Below, piece by piece: positions 20,648 to 33,817 of a stretch of DNA of 64,000 bases. Source of the DNA: Epithemia pelagica. Its lineage: Eukaryota; Protista; Bacillariophyta. The DNA lies in NCBI GenBank assembly GCA_946965045.2, contig OX337241.1, forward strand, positions 1,116,001-1,180,000, written 5' to 3'. The notes under the pieces are model-generated. The model was not told the DNA's origin. It did not search any database and saw only the letters and a program-made list of their open reading frames with translations. Both the position numbers and the translations under genes were made by a program. How positions within the stretch are numbered: the first letter of the stretch is position 1; each line of letters starts with the position of its first letter.

Positions 20648-23600
20648 CTAATAATACGTACATGCCGATTCGGGAATGTGTTGGAGTGGGTGCGCTTGCA
20701 TTAAATCGGCCAATTGTTCCAATTCATCCTTGGCCGCAGCATCTGTAGCTGTTTGGTACTTCTTGGTGCCACTCTTTCCATGAAACAAGAGTCGTGCATA
20801 TTCCGCCAATGTGGCAGCCTCCTCGTTGGTGAGTTCTTTCTCGTTGGAGTCTTGTGCTGGTTGCGACCACAATTGGAATCCCCATGCCGTCATGGCTTGT
20901 GCAATCTCTTCGTCGTCCTCACTGGAATCCGGATTTGCCACCGCCAAGGCGCAAATGACGCGGGCAATCCCCAATCGTTCCGAATCATTCAATGACAAGA
21001 CACGAACGTCATGACTCAAGGCCAAGGGTGGTTGGTCCACATTGGTACTTTGAACTTCCAAAAAGTGTTCTATCATTGTGTCATTATTCGAAACCACAGT
21101 CACCAGAGGGATCCCAAAGACAACGAAACGAAAAAGAGACAATACAAAACATGTTATACGTAAGACGAAGACCACCAAAGTCTCACCAACAAACCACACG
21201 AACGGCCAACGTACCGGCTTGTGGATTGTCCAATGCCATGCCATGACCAAACAACAGGTATCCTTGCAATCCCATGTGAATCCAGACATGACGTTGCATG
21301 CGTCGTTGAAAGGCTGTGAGTTTGGCCACGGAACGAAAACTGTAATGGCGTTGCAAAATCCACGAAATGGCTTGTCCCGTCTTGCCGGGCAACAGGGACG
21401 TTAATTTGGGTACGGTGCGAGACAAGACACTGGGAATTGTATCCTCCTCCTCGTCCTTGTCCTCCTCGGTCGAACTGGCTTGTCCTTGGTCGTGTCGCAA
21501 AAATTCCAAAATCTTGTCTTGTTGACCATCCAAGGCACGAGACAAGTCTTGGTCCATGGCTTGGACCAAGGTTCGTACAATCGGATAAGACGGTGCTTCT
21601 GTGGCTTGTTCTTTAGAGTCCTGGTTGTCGTCCTCCTCTTGGTCCTCCATAGAAAGGTCGTCGTCATTGTCATTGTCATTGGGTATGGGACGTGGCAAGA
21701 GTGGTTGCAACACGAGGACATATTTGGTCGACAATGCCACGACTGGTTGGACGGCCAAGGTGACATGGTCGGCATAGGGAGAATGGGTCAAACAGGTTTG
21801 CAACCGTTCCAACTCGAGTGCTTGGTGGTGCATATTCCCATGTAACACGGTGCGGTGCCGTTCGCGACACCACTGGTACCACCACGTGATGCGACAGTGA
21901 TCCACGGTAGTCGTCGTCGGGGTCGAGTGGCTACTGTTGCTACTACGGGAAGGATTGCTCCGGGTGCTCGTTGTCATGGTGCGGATCCACCAGGAAACGA
22001 TGCGAGTGCAAACTTCAAAATCCTGTTGGACCATGGCGTGCCAACGTGGATGTAAGACTTGCAGCCAAATCTCTTCGGTCGTGTCCATTGGCATGTCCTT
22101 CTTGTTTCCATGGACATTGTGATTGGGTTGCACCGTCAGTCCCAACCGATAGGCCCACGCGGCCGACACGCGACCCGTCCAGGTGGGAAGACACCACCAC
22201 GACGACGATGGACTGCTCCTACTGCTGCTGCTGGATGATGGGAGGGGTTGCAAGTAGATGGAATCTGTCGTCTTTGTCGTATCATTTCTCGGAACCAAAA
22301 GAGTGGAGGCATTCCACACGGACCAATCCTCCTTGGTTCGATTCCATTCCACGGGTTGGGGCGCTCCTCCGTCTTTTTCATGTTTTTGTTCCTGTGCGGC
22401 TCGCTGCTGCTCGAATTTGGACTGGATCGAGGTTTGGACCACGTGTTCCAGTTCCCGAGGAGACGACCACACGTGGGTGGGTGGTTGCCACAACCAGGCG
22501 GCTGCTGCTCGATGACGACGATGGTGGTTGTCGTCCGGGTTCGAGGCGGTCTTGGTCGGTTCTGGTGGTTGGAGTTGCGCCAGGGCGTGATGATAGGGCG
22601 CCGGGAGCAACCCAGCTGCTCCGGAGGGTCGGAGCAAGGACAAGACGGACGACGGTTCCTCCAACCATGTGCTGGCCGTGTCGGTGCGGAACAAATCCAA
22701 TGCCAAGACGTGATACAAGCCTTGCAACTGATGCACGGCCACATGGACCAGGGTTGCAGCATGCGTGTCATGCCATACGGTCCAATCCTCCTTGTCGTCG
22801 TTGTCATTATTGTTGTGGTTGCGGTTCTTGTTCCATGGGTGGCACCGTCGTGGCCGCCACGATTGCCACCACACGGGACGCACCACGGTCCACCACACCA
22901 GGCAGGCTCGTGGTCCTGGTCGAGGGCCAAGGTGGTGCGAGTGTTGTGCTTGTTGCATCCACCAGTGCTGTAGTTGCAGGCCCATGCACACCACGAGCAA
23001 CGTTACCGTCAGGGCGATTCCATAGGAGTGCATCCACGCCACGACGGCGGCCGCCAGGGGATGGGTTTGCAAATAGTGCCAATAGCGAAACTGAAGGACG
23101 GTGCGAGCCACGGAACGTCCCAGTGCCAGGCCCCGCACCAGAACCTGACCCACCAGGCGCACGACCGTCGTGACACCACGCCATACCTCGTGCCGATGAC
23201 GCCACGTCCAAACAATGCGACGACGACGTTGGTGGGCCGTGGTGTCGGTATGAACGATCGTAGTGGTTGTCGTCGTGGTAGTACTACGGCGTGTACTGCT
23301 GCTGCTCGCCTGCGGTAAGGACGCCATGGGAACCAACCATACCGTTGGACGAAAGAGACTCGTCGTGCGGGCCATGTTCCTCCACGGGGCAATGGTGTTC
23401 GGAGTGGAATGCCGTGTGGTTGGTAGTTGGCTGGAGGTTGCTCCACCACGATTGGATGCGGCCGTGACACAAGGCAGTGTCCGCAGAATTGCGACCAGAA
23501 GAATCATCATGACCAGTGTTACATACCACAGCACCGGTACCAACCTCGTGCCAGTGGTGGCGACTCGCCGTTGGTGCCTCTTGTAAGGATGATGATGATG

Positions 23601-23705
23601 GTAGTGGTGGTTTTCCTCCTGGGAACGAGTCATGTTTTCATTGATAGAGGAGGAGGAGGAGAAGGGATGGTCACCATGATGGTGGCAATAAGAATGGACA
23701 TTCAT
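20648..23705 (-). CDS. ABC1/UbiB atypical-kinase-like protein with degenerate motifs; predicted join complement(20648..21069,21215..23705)
   Basis: WLQVLHP..QQDF and LSTKYVLVLQP resemble ABC1 VAVKVQHP and STxxVLxME. A GTACGT..TAG intron (21070-21214, phase 1) joins two track ORFs in frame. Confidence 0.5.
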
Positions 23706-24330
23706 GATTTCAACGACAGATCTCGACTCGAGAGGAAACGCGTCGTGAAATCTGCCTGAAAGAAGGAATTGCGACCTCGAACACAGAAAAGAGTCTCTAC
23801 CTAGGTAGAATACTTCAAATGTCGTTTCCAAAAAGAGGCAGAGACTAATAACAAAGCCTTGAAAGACACAATATACAGAAGGGAGCGGTGGATGGGTGTC
23901 GAAGACATATATAGGAGTATCTTTTTTTCAACAAGAAGAGTATCTTTTCGGTAATGCGTTTAAGAGAGACCATTCTGCGACTAAACTATTTTTGGGTCCC
24001 GATCCAAATTCCAAATGGGATTCGGCTACCTTTGGCAGAACCAGTCCCGTTGCATCCAGTATTCCAAAAAAAAAACGACGGATGCCACACAACCATGGAA
24101 AAGAAGACCTTGTCCAAAGCCACGGTTGGTATCCACCATCCCCTGGTTTGGTACTGCTTGGCGCACCATGGGAGGTCAGTGCAACAGAGAGCAAGGTTGT
24201 CCGGGCCTCCTGTCGCCATGCTTCGAGTGTTGAGGGCAAACCCCCCTTTTGGCACACACACATTCACCATGGTCGTGTGTGTGTAGGAGATTGTGTGATG
24301 CGCGTCACTGGAGTTCCTCCGTATGCATTC

Positions 24331-27300
24331 TTAATCCACCACATTGGACGACCATTCCGTGGGAATATTCTGCAAAATCTGTTCCAAAACATCTTGTTGA
24401 TCTCGACGATGGTACCGATTCGTACTACTACTACTACCAGAACTGCTGGTCGTGGTCGAGAGTCCGGCTTCCTGCAACAACTCCTGATACAAGGAGGGAC
24501 TGGCACTGCGAAGTTGCTGGAATTTGGTAGTGGCGGTGGCGGAGAGAGCGCGAGTCAAGGAAACGACACGAAACAAAAAGAAAAGGATGAGTCTCTGGTA
24601 AATCCTTTTGCGAAACAGCTTGGCGATGGACCCGAATTTCCATACTGCAATGCACGTACCGACAAGACAAAGGCATCGACAAATCCTTGTTCACAGCACT
24701 TGTCAAAGAGCGATTGGACCATTTCGGTTCGTTCGGTTCCCAAAGGCATGAGTTGTCCAATGGCCTTGAAGAGTGTTCCATAACTAATATTGTTGGGCCC
24801 GTCGCCCGACGACGAGGACGATTCCAATTGGCACAATTTGCCAAAGGTTCGCAGGGCCACTTGCAAGGCATTGGTTTTGCCTGGCGCATGTTTGTAATAG
24901 GCACAACAATTAATGACAGACGAATAGGTGGTCACGTCGGGTCGTAACAAACTTTGACCCGACTGGTATTCTTGTTCCAATTGCAACAAGATTTGTTCCG
25001 CCATTTCGACGGATCGGACATGTTTGGATCGCGCAATGGCCTTGATGACAATGTTGGGGGTCATGATGGAAATATGAAAGCCTCGTTGTTCCAACGTGAG
25101 GGATTGCATATGATCAAAGATTTGTTGCGCTCGTTGCGGAGCCGCCACATTGGTCGCCGCTTGATTGGCCCAGGCATTGAGAACACAGCCCAAACTCACT
25201 TCGTCTGGTCCCAACAAGACATCACCGGCGCGATGTTGTTCTTCCATCCATTGAAAGATTTCTTCGGCTCGTTCGGCTGCATTGGGTTGGGGTGATTTGC
25301 TCCACGCATGCAACAAAGCATTAAAGACGAGACGGGTCGGACGGACATGTCCCAATCCCTGTTCGTACAATGTCATCATGCGATCCACAATGCTTTGCGC
25401 GCGTTGGGCGGATTTGGAATCCTTGCGTTTGACAATGCCATCAATGGCCACCACGTACGAAATGGTATTGGGACGAATATCGGCTTGTTGCGTTTGGGTA
25501 TATTCGTCTTCCATATACTGCAAGAGGGATTCCATTTTGGTCAAGGCCTGAGGTTTGCGGGAATCCCGCCAGGCACCCATGACCGTGGTATAACAGACAT
25601 AGTTGGGTCGAACGTGGGTTTTTCCTTGTTGATGTAGGCGGACCATTTCGTCCAAGACCCGTTGGGCATTTTCGGCCGCATCGGGAACGCCACTCATGGC
25701 CCAACACCGGAGGACCGCGGCATAGGTTCGGACATTGGGTTGGACATCGCGTTCGCCGTGCACAGTGGTCCGTTGATGCATTTCGGCCAAGTATTGTTCG
25801 GCACGACGGACATAACGGAGACGATTCTTGGGACTGGCCGTGGCGGCTCGACTCAGTGCATTCAAGACGGCATTGTAAATGGTGGTGGTGGGTTTGAGGG
25901 GATGGTATTTTCGCACACGGCCTCTTCCTCCAGATGTCGTTGCTGTTGTGGTGGTGGAGGCCTGGTTGGATGACACGCCACCCGCATTGGTATCGTACAA
26001 TTGATACAATCGTTTCAAGAGGGCTTGTGCCTGTGTGGCTGCAACTTGTCCATCCCAATGATTGCCAATGGCTCGAATGGCTGTGGCATAACTAATGAGG
26101 GTGGGTTTGGCTTGGGCATTGCCTCGGACATGATAACTATATTCCATTTCTTGGACAATCCTCAAGGCTCGAGGAGCGGCCATTTCTCGTTCCCGTCGAG
26201 ACCACGTCTTGGCCCAACAATTCAAGACACTGGTATAGGCCACGACATCGGGGGCAATGCCAAAGCGTTCCATGCGAGCCAAGGTCGCATCCGCCTTGCG
26301 AGCCAAACTCCAATCGTGACTCCGCGCCAAACCACCAATGTAACTGGTGTACGTGACCAAATTGGGGGGTGGAGCGGTCGGAATCGTACTGGTATTGGTA
26401 CGACACGACAATGAGGACGACGAATTGGATGAGGCAGTCGTTTCGTCTTGTGCCGCAGGGTGTTGTTCTTCCATTTCCGTCAGCAAGTCTTGCGCTCGTT
26501 GCAAGGCGATACGAGGAGCAATTTTGGTGCGTTTGCACCAGGCTTCCACCACAATGGACCATACCTTGACACTGGGGACGAAGCCACCTCGAGTTTGCAT
26601 GCGTCGCAAAATATCCTCCGCTTTTTGGGCCCCCTGTCCCGAAACATCGTAGGCAACTTGATAGTCGGCCCAGCCCTGCGCCAACAACATGTAGGAATAT
26701 TCCGTGGCCAATACAGGAGTCGGATTCTTGGGAGATGGCGACGACGATACGGACGTGTCATTGGTGATTGTTGTTGTTGGTGGTTGTATTCGTGCGTTGG
26801 GTTGTTCCATTTGCAAGAGCAAGTCGTCGGCATCTTCTAAATATCCGGCTTGAATGAGTCCTTCCAAGACCGTATTGTAACATCGACCATCGGGTTGGAC
26901 CGTCGAAGGTTTCCCTTGGGCATGCAAGTCTACCATGATTTCCAAGGCATCCAAGGCCATGTGTGGATTGGGTCCATAGGCCATGTTTTGCAAATCCATA
27001 TAAAAGTCGGTCAAGGTCAAATCCTTGTCCCAAAAATTATATGTACTATTGTCGTTGTTGTTGTCGTGGTGCTTGTTGTTGTTGTTGTTGTTGTTGGTGG
27101 TGGTGTCGTCGTCATTCTCACCAATGGTGCGTTTGGTTCGTCGCGTTGTTACGACTGTGGTGGGGGCGACCGAATCCAGTGATTCGTCGTCGTCGTCGTT
27201 GTCGTCATGGTGGAGTGATGGTTCGTCGTTGTCTTGATTCATAGCGTACAACGCTATGCTGGTCCGTGTGGTGGCTCGTCGTCGACACCCGGTGGGTCGC

Positions 27301-27544
27301 AAGACGAGACGGTCCCATGGATTCCCCTCTGGTGCTCTATGTGGTGGTGGTGGTGGTAGTGATGGAACGAATGCCATTGGAGGAGGAACAACCCCACCCA
27401 ACGGTCGACCAACACCCATGACAGGGATCCAACTGGCCGTTCTGGTGGTTGTCGTTGTGATGGTGGTGGTAGCAGCAGCCCCCAGCAAAGGAATCTGGTG
27501 TGCCATCCATACTACGAACAGCAGCTCCAGAACAACCACGGTCG

Positions 27545-27581
<37 letters not shown>

Positions 27582-27623
27582 GGCGGCACGGTCCATTCCC
27601 ACCCGACGACGATGCATCCTCAT
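24331..27623 (-). CDS. Diatom-type pentatricopeptide-repeat protein, probably organelle-targeted; join complement(24331..24516,24660..27623)
   Basis: Repeated PNxxxY/PDxxxY..V(I/L)xxW units. A GTACGT..CAG intron (24517-24659) gives the terminal exon QLRSASPSLY..IPTEWSSNV. Confidence 0.88.
27544..27579. repeat. (GTT)12 microsatellite encoding poly-Thr in the PPR N-terminus
   Basis: Read directly from the sequence. Confidence 0.95.
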
Positions 27624-27997
27624 CCCTTTGTTGTGTGTGGGTGTGCAGTATCTGGCAGACTGGGTTCGCGCAAGGACCGATCCCCGAGCAACCACCAGTA
27701 GAGAGAGAGAGACCGAACAAGACGAAGAGAGAAAATGGCATCGGATGTCGGGTGTGTGTTGATGGGTTGCCAATCCAAAACGGTCCGTCTGTCCATCCGT
27801 CTTTGTGTCAGTCCGTTTTAATGCGATTTAAAAGCGATCCTCTATCTCTGGGGAGTAGTCATCCGTTGTTAGTGATGGGCCGAGTGGAACGGCTCCGAAA
27901 GGGAACTGAATGCAAGAAAAGCAGTGTTGGTACAAAGCCGCCTCCCCGCAAAAGGCACAACGACCACAAAAGAGAACAACAACACTAGCACAAAATC

Positions 27998-30049
27998 ATG
28001 GATCCTCATGAGGACAACCACCACGACGAGTCGGAGATGCACCAAGAAACCACTCCTCCCCAGTCGAATGCCAGCATGAATCCACTCCTAGTAGTCGCAC
28101 CAAAAGAAGAAGAAGAAGAAAAGGAAAAAGAATCCCAACCACAACAACAACAACAAGTAGGAGATGGGTATCTAAACCAGAGTGGGACTGTTGATCAAGA
28201 ACAGCGATTGAAACGAGAAAAGAGCAGCAAGAAAAAGAAGAAGAAAACGAAAAAGAAGAAACTGGAACTGGAGGAAGAAGAGGGTGGTGGTGCGGCACGA
28301 GGACAACCGTCTTCAAAAGACAGGATGAAACCAATACCCAACGCCCCAACAGAAAACCACGACAACCACAATCCCTGGAATACAACGGTTCAATCTCCGG
28401 GTGGATCCTCCTCCAACACTACCAGCAGTGCAGTAGAAGAGGAGGATCATGGTTCTCCTCCCGTGACAAGCCCGACACGTTCTACTACCACCAACGTTCG
28501 GCCATCTACGACGACTGTCTCCCGACCGGGTGCCTTTGCGCAACCCGGCATTGGTCGTCGTCGTAGTACAAGGACGGAAGACGACGAGAGTAGTCATACT
28601 AGCATTATGAATGCCAGTTTGGTTTGGTTCACAAGGAGTCCAGCCACCCACGACACGGACAACGACAACACTCGGCCACACACAACCACAACAACAACGA
28701 CGACCACTGTCACCCTTGAGTCCGACGACGACGAAGCACGTACATTGGAAACGGGTGGTTCCTACAGTGCCGAGACGCCTCCACCAGCAACCACAACGAA
28801 TGGTGTGACAGTGTTGCCATCCACCTTGATGAACGAGGACAAGAACCATGAAAAGCAAAATGGCTCCTCCAAGCGACGACGGCGGAGCAGTGGACCTTGG
28901 ATTTCCCGTCCCTGGCGGATTGGAATATTGGTGACAGCTGTCCTGGTCATGTTTGTCGTGGTGGCGATTGCCATTTATTATTCCGTTTCGGCCGCTGTCC
29001 AGGACGATAACGACACTACACCACAGACATTGATTCCCCGTCCCAATTTCACGCTGCCGGATCCTGCAATGTTTGCATCGTACGACAGCTTGTCCTTTTT
29101 CCTCGTCCAATGGGGTTCCATGTTTCCCCAATGTCAAGTCTCGAAACCACCCACCTTGGAACTACAATGCCATTCCGGAACCAACGACGCCTTTGCGGCT
29201 GGATCATCATCGCCATCTTTGGTGCAATTAATGGCCCAAGTCGACCAAAGTGGAGTGGTATGGGTGGAATGTCAACGCAAGGAGGAGGACGTATCGTCCA
29301 TCGTGCTCTGCCAACCCAACTCGAACAATTACAAACTCATGAACAATATTTTGGACCTTGCCTTGATTGTGGTCTGTGCGACACCGGGCGATGCGGACGT
29401 TGCCTTGAAGGCTACGGTAAGTTCTTTGGAGGGGAAGTGTCAAGCTTTGAATTTGGGTGATGGTACGACCGGCAGTGCTCCGGAAGTGACCATGGGTGTG
29501 TCCATGGGACACTATCTTTTTCCCACGAGCGACGATCCTTCTACTGAATTAAAGTTAGTTCAATCCACCATCCAAGAATGCTCGGAAGATGCCAGGGGGT
29601 TTACCTTGGAAGCCTTTCGAACCGGTGTCATTGTCGCAGCGTGTGGAGCCTTGGGAATTTGTCCCAACACCTTGTCTTGTACCACCGGAACACTGGAATT
29701 TTCGTTTCAAAACCGAATTCCAAAAACTTCGGCACGAGGACTGTGGAATGACCGGGGATTGTTTCCTCCATGGAATATGACGCAATTGTGGCAAGTGGCC
29801 GACCGGGAACTTTTTATTGCCTATGAACGAATCGACGAAGTACTTCGAGGCGTGGAACGAGATCCGCCGTCGGTACCTTGTTTTTTGTGTAGGATCCATC
29901 GCACTCTTTTCTTCTTGACCAACACACCTCTTGGGAGTGTTGAACCCATGCGTAGGTGCCGTTTCTTCAGCCATTGTGATTTTTGCAACACTGTACTCCT
30001 AGGAGTAGTACCTCTAGCGAGAGAACTAGTAGTGCTACCTTATGGATAG
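27998..30049 (+). CDS. Hypothetical single-pass membrane protein (low-complexity N-terminus, TM helix, Cys-rich C-terminal region)
   Basis: 683-aa ORF with TM segment IGILVTAVLVMFVVVAIAIYYSV. The 3' end may be spliced (GTACCT near 29874). Confidence 0.6.
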   Translation: MDPHEDNHHDESEMHQETTPPQSNASMNPLLVVAPKEEEEEKEKESQPQQQQQVGDGYLNQSGTVDQEQRLKREKSSKKKKKKTKKKKLELEEEEGGGAARGQPSSKDRMKPIPNAPTENHDNHNPWNTTVQSPGGSSSNTTSSAVEEEDHGSPPVTSPTRSTTTNVRPSTTTVSRPGAFAQPGIGRRRSTRTEDDESSHTSIMNASLVWFTRSPATHDTDNDNTRPHTTTTTTTTTVTLESDDDEARTLETGGSYSAETPPPATTTNGVTVLPSTLMNEDKNHEKQNGSSKRRRRSSGPWISRPWRIGILVTAVLVMFVVVAIAIYYSVSAAVQDDNDTTPQTLIPRPNFTLPDPAMFASYDSLSFFLVQWGSMFPQCQVSKPPTLELQCHSGTNDAFAAGSSSPSLVQLMAQVDQSGVVWVECQRKEEDVSSIVLCQPNSNNYKLMNNILDLALIVVCATPGDADVALKATVSSLEGKCQALNLGDGTTGSAPEVTMGVSMGHYLFPTSDDPSTELKLVQSTIQECSEDARGFTLEAFRTGVIVAACGALGICPNTLSCTTGTLEFSFQNRIPKTSARGLWNDRGLFPPWNMTQLWQVADRELFIAYERIDEVLRGVERDPPSVPCFLCRIHRTLFFLTNTPLGSVEPMRRCRFFSHCDFCNTVLLGVVPLARELVVLPYG

Positions 30050-30196
30050 GAGAGGTGACTTTCTCCAGTCGCAGAAAATATTTGTGATTCGAATATCGGC
30101 TTGTGACCACGCACTTCCTTCCATCACCCTTTCTTTTCCATGATTGACTTTTGCAATCTGTTGTGTCAAACGACCTTTACTCCGAACAGAAGCACC

Positions 30197-31975
30197 ATGG
30201 CAAGATCCATACTGACTCGTGTCGTAGTATGCGCTTCGGTGATCGCAACGGCAACCTGCTTCACAGTCTCTACGACGACGACGACCAGATCGCTTCAGAG
30301 TAGGGTACCGCCACCAACTCGGGAGCAGCGACAACCACCACACCATCGTGGTCCACTCGTGTCGCTCCTTCGTTTGTCTTCCGCGGCCACACTCGAAGTC
30401 GACCAGACAACCTCGTTTCCTCCCATTAGCCTGTACAATTCCAAAACCAAGCAAAAAGATGTGATTATTCCAGTGAAGGAGGGACAGATATCCATGTACA
30501 CGTGTGGACCCACGGTATACGACTATGCCCATGTCGGCAATTTCCGAGCCTTTTTGACATACGACTTGCTCAAGCGAGTCTTGCAATATTATGGATACGA
30601 CGTCACGCATGTTTGCAATTTGACAGATGTGGATGATAAAATCATTCAACGAGCCAACGAGCAGGGACTTGACGATGTGACGAAGTTGACTCGCAAATTT
30701 GAAGCCTTGTTTATGGAAGACCTTGGCGCCCTCAACATTCGACCGGCCACCTTTTATCCTCGAGCGACGGAACACATTCCGGAAATGATGGAAATGATTC
30801 TCATGTTGCGAGATAAGGGATTAGCCTATGAAACGAGCGATGGGTCATGGTACTTCCGCACGCAGGCACAGCCCAAGTATGGAACTCAATTGATCCAATT
30901 GAACTTTGACGAAATGGAATCGACAGAACGAGGCACTGAACAAGAAACGGACGAAAAGGAGCATTTCGCGGACTTTTGTTTGTGGAAGGCTTTCAAAGAA
31001 GGCATTGACCGGGAAGACATGGCTTGGTCGACGGATGATTTTCAAAAGGGACGACCCGGATGGCATTTGGAATGTTCGGCCATGGCTCGCAAATTTTTTG
31101 GAGCCGATCAGACCATTGACTTGCATGGTGGGGGTGTCGATCTCAAATTCCCTCATCACGAAAATGAAATTGCCCAGTCGGAAGGTGTCATGTGTGGTGA
31201 CGGTGGTGATTGTGTCTTTTGCAACTCGTGGTTTCACAATGGCTTTGTGAATATTGGAGAAGAGAAAATGTCCAAGAGTTTGGGCAACTTTTTGACCCTG
31301 CAGACAGCCTGTCCCAGTGCACTCGATGTCCGAGCCTACCGCTATTTGGTTATCAGCAGCCAGTATCGAAGTCCCCTGGCCTTTGCACCCAAAGCCATTC
31401 AAGCGAGTAAGAATACCATTCAACGCATTGACAAAGTTCGGGCCCGACTCGAGGATATTTTGAAAGAAGCAGAGTCTGTTTCCATAGGGCAAGACACGGA
31501 ATCCGAAATTGCCACTGTGCAGGTACCTGCCGCCTTGGATAATTTTGACAAGGCATTGAGGGATGATTTGAGCATGCCGCGTGCCTCGGCAGCTCTTTTT
31601 TCCGTGATCAAATTGGCAGAAGCCGAATTCAAGAAAGTTCCCGAGACAGTTGTGGAACCGCAATCACCAAACTTGGAGAATTTGGATCTACAGGGGTTGA
31701 CAGCCATTAACAATGCTCTCACTCAGATGGATGAGATCTTTGGAATATTCTATCAAGTTCCTGCCAGTCATCAAGGGAGTGATGAGGTGGCCAACGGCGA
31801 CAACAGTGAGACGATGGCAATTCCCGAGGAAGTCTATCAACTCGTTTCGGAACGGACAGCTGCCAAGGAAGCCAAGGATTGGGAGTTGGCGGATGACTTG
31901 CGCAATCGGATTACGGAACTGGGCTTTGCAGTCAAGGATGTGAAAGGAGGGGATCCGATGATAAGCAAGAGATAA
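30197..31975 (+). CDS. cysS: Cysteinyl-tRNA synthetase, organellar
   Basis: YTCGPTVYDYAHVGN (HIGH), GRPGWHLECSAM, DLKFPHHENE, KMSKS. N-terminal signal peptide followed by Phe (ATC-F). Confidence 0.96.
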   Translation: MARSILTRVVVCASVIATATCFTVSTTTTTRSLQSRVPPPTREQRQPPHHRGPLVSLLRLSSAATLEVDQTTSFPPISLYNSKTKQKDVIIPVKEGQISMYTCGPTVYDYAHVGNFRAFLTYDLLKRVLQYYGYDVTHVCNLTDVDDKIIQRANEQGLDDVTKLTRKFEALFMEDLGALNIRPATFYPRATEHIPEMMEMILMLRDKGLAYETSDGSWYFRTQAQPKYGTQLIQLNFDEMESTERGTEQETDEKEHFADFCLWKAFKEGIDREDMAWSTDDFQKGRPGWHLECSAMARKFFGADQTIDLHGGGVDLKFPHHENEIAQSEGVMCGDGGDCVFCNSWFHNGFVNIGEEKMSKSLGNFLTLQTACPSALDVRAYRYLVISSQYRSPLAFAPKAIQASKNTIQRIDKVRARLEDILKEAESVSIGQDTESEIATVQVPAALDNFDKALRDDLSMPRASAALFSVIKLAEAEFKKVPETVVEPQSPNLENLDLQGLTAINNALTQMDEIFGIFYQVPASHQGSDEVANGDNSETMAIPEEVYQLVSERTAAKEAKDWELADDLRNRITELGFAVKDVKGGDPMISKR

Positions 31976-32240
31976 CACAACTATCTCTGTCTCATTCACC
32001 GAACCTAATCATAAAGCAACGGAACGCAGCACATGAATATTCTAAAAACCTAGTTTGAATTCTCACAGCGTAAGAATAACAGATGAGGAAATCCACCAGT
32101 CGATTTGGGTGGGTGTGAAGTTTGGAGTTGACCGATAAGGGCTGTCGCTAAGAATCAACACATAAGTAGCAGCTGGGATTCGTGTTGATTTGGATCTGTA
32201 AGGTATTTGAGTTGTCTGAGTGGTCAATCCGGCCGGTTTC

Positions 32241-33817
32241 CTACTTTTGTGCCAGTAGCTTTTGATTGATTTCCGCTTGTTTGGCCTTGGCGGCCGGCGT
32301 GGTCCCCACCCACACACCCTTGTCATTAATCGTCGTTTCCCGTTCCCAGAATTGCAAGGGTGAATTGGCTGTCTTTCCCGTCAAGGCTTCCACTCCATCG
32401 GGTGTTATCAATAGGGTATGTTCAAATTGCGCCGATCGCTTTCCATCCACAGTGGTAGCCGTCCATTCATCGGGCCAGCTCAAGGCCTTGGCAGACCCTT
32501 CGCAAATCATGGGTTCAATGGTAAAGGTATGGCCGGCGGCCATTTGTCCATTGGGCTCATTATTCCGATAATGAAGAATATTGGGGTTAGTATGAAATGT
32601 CTACGACACGGAGTGAAAGCAAGGACGAAGAAGCAATGTGAGCAAAAGCATTGTGGAAGCAACACACAGACACATTTTCATTCTGTTGCTTGTACATACG
32701 CTTCCAATTCCATGACCGCAAAAGTTTCGGACGGTGGAATATCCCTTAGGTACTACATAATCTTCAATAATGGCTCCAATATCCTTGTAATCCTTGCCGG
32801 GTTCGACAAACTGACAGGCCTGGATCCAACAATCGTACGTTGTTTGCAACAATCGTTTCGCATCGTCATCGACTTCACCAGCCACAAACATTTCACTGCA
32901 ATCGCCATGATACCCATCCAGATACACCGTGATGTCGAGATTTATAATGTCGCCATTTTGTAACCTACGATCATCCGGAATTCCGTGACAAATCACTTCA
33001 TTCACACTGGTACAGCAACTTTTTGGGAATCCGTGGTAATTCAATGGAGAAGGATAGGCTCCACGCTATAGTAATGGGCACGGACCAAAAGCAAAAATTG
33101 GGTCAAAAGTAAAGAAAACAACTCATGAGCAGTCGTCAATTTTGCAATTCCTCCATCAGCACCAAATTCTCTTTCTTTCTTCACATTCTCTACAGTGCAT
33201 ACACCACCCACCTTGATGGTTTCTTGATGCACCAATTCATCAATTTCATCTGTCGTCACTCCTACCGCAACCGCACGTCCCGCCAAGTCCAATATTTCTC
33301 GCGCCAAGGCACCCGCCTGTCGCATTTTTTCAATTTCCCTGGCTGTTTTGACTTCAATCATCCACGGCAACAAAGGTTTGGCGGCACTCCGTCCTGGCGT
33401 CCCAGTTTCGGCATAATCGGGCTTGAGAATTTCTGGTACCGTCACAATCTTTTGAGGACTTTGTTGTCCTGGACGAATGGCTCCCGCATATGGAAATCGA
33501 TCCAGTTGTTGCGGCATGGGTGCCGTCGTTGTCGAGGAGGACGATAAAGTGGTTCGGCTCTTGCTGCTGGTGCTGCCACCAAATCCCTTGGACGCTTTGG
33601 CAGTCGACTTTTTCTTTTTGTTGTGCATCATAAACAAAGACCATTCCTGATCTCTCCTCGTTGCTGTTGATGTTGGAAGGTAGGACCATTGTGTTCTGGA
33701 TATCTCCATGGATCCTCCTGTTTGTGGAGACCCAACAAACGCACTTGCGTGGGCAAGAAACGAGAGCAACAGGAACAGGTTACAGACGCATATCCTTGAC
33801 ATGATTTCTAATCTCAT
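32241..33817 (-). CDS. map: Methionine aminopeptidase type 1, plastid-targeted; join complement(32241..32600,32700..33065,33212..33817), 443 aa
   Basis: Two GT-AG introns give [49 protein letters not shown] and [15 protein letters not shown] presequence. Confidence 0.95.

Noticed and set aside
23896-24783. 295-aa plus-strand ORF
   Set aside because: No ATG start, no motif, and it overlaps the PPR last exon antisense.
21400-29974. Many long antisense and alternate-frame ORFs over the ABC1-like, PPR and membrane-protein genes
   Set aside because: Shadows of stop-poor, trinucleotide-rich coding DNA; they contain no domains.
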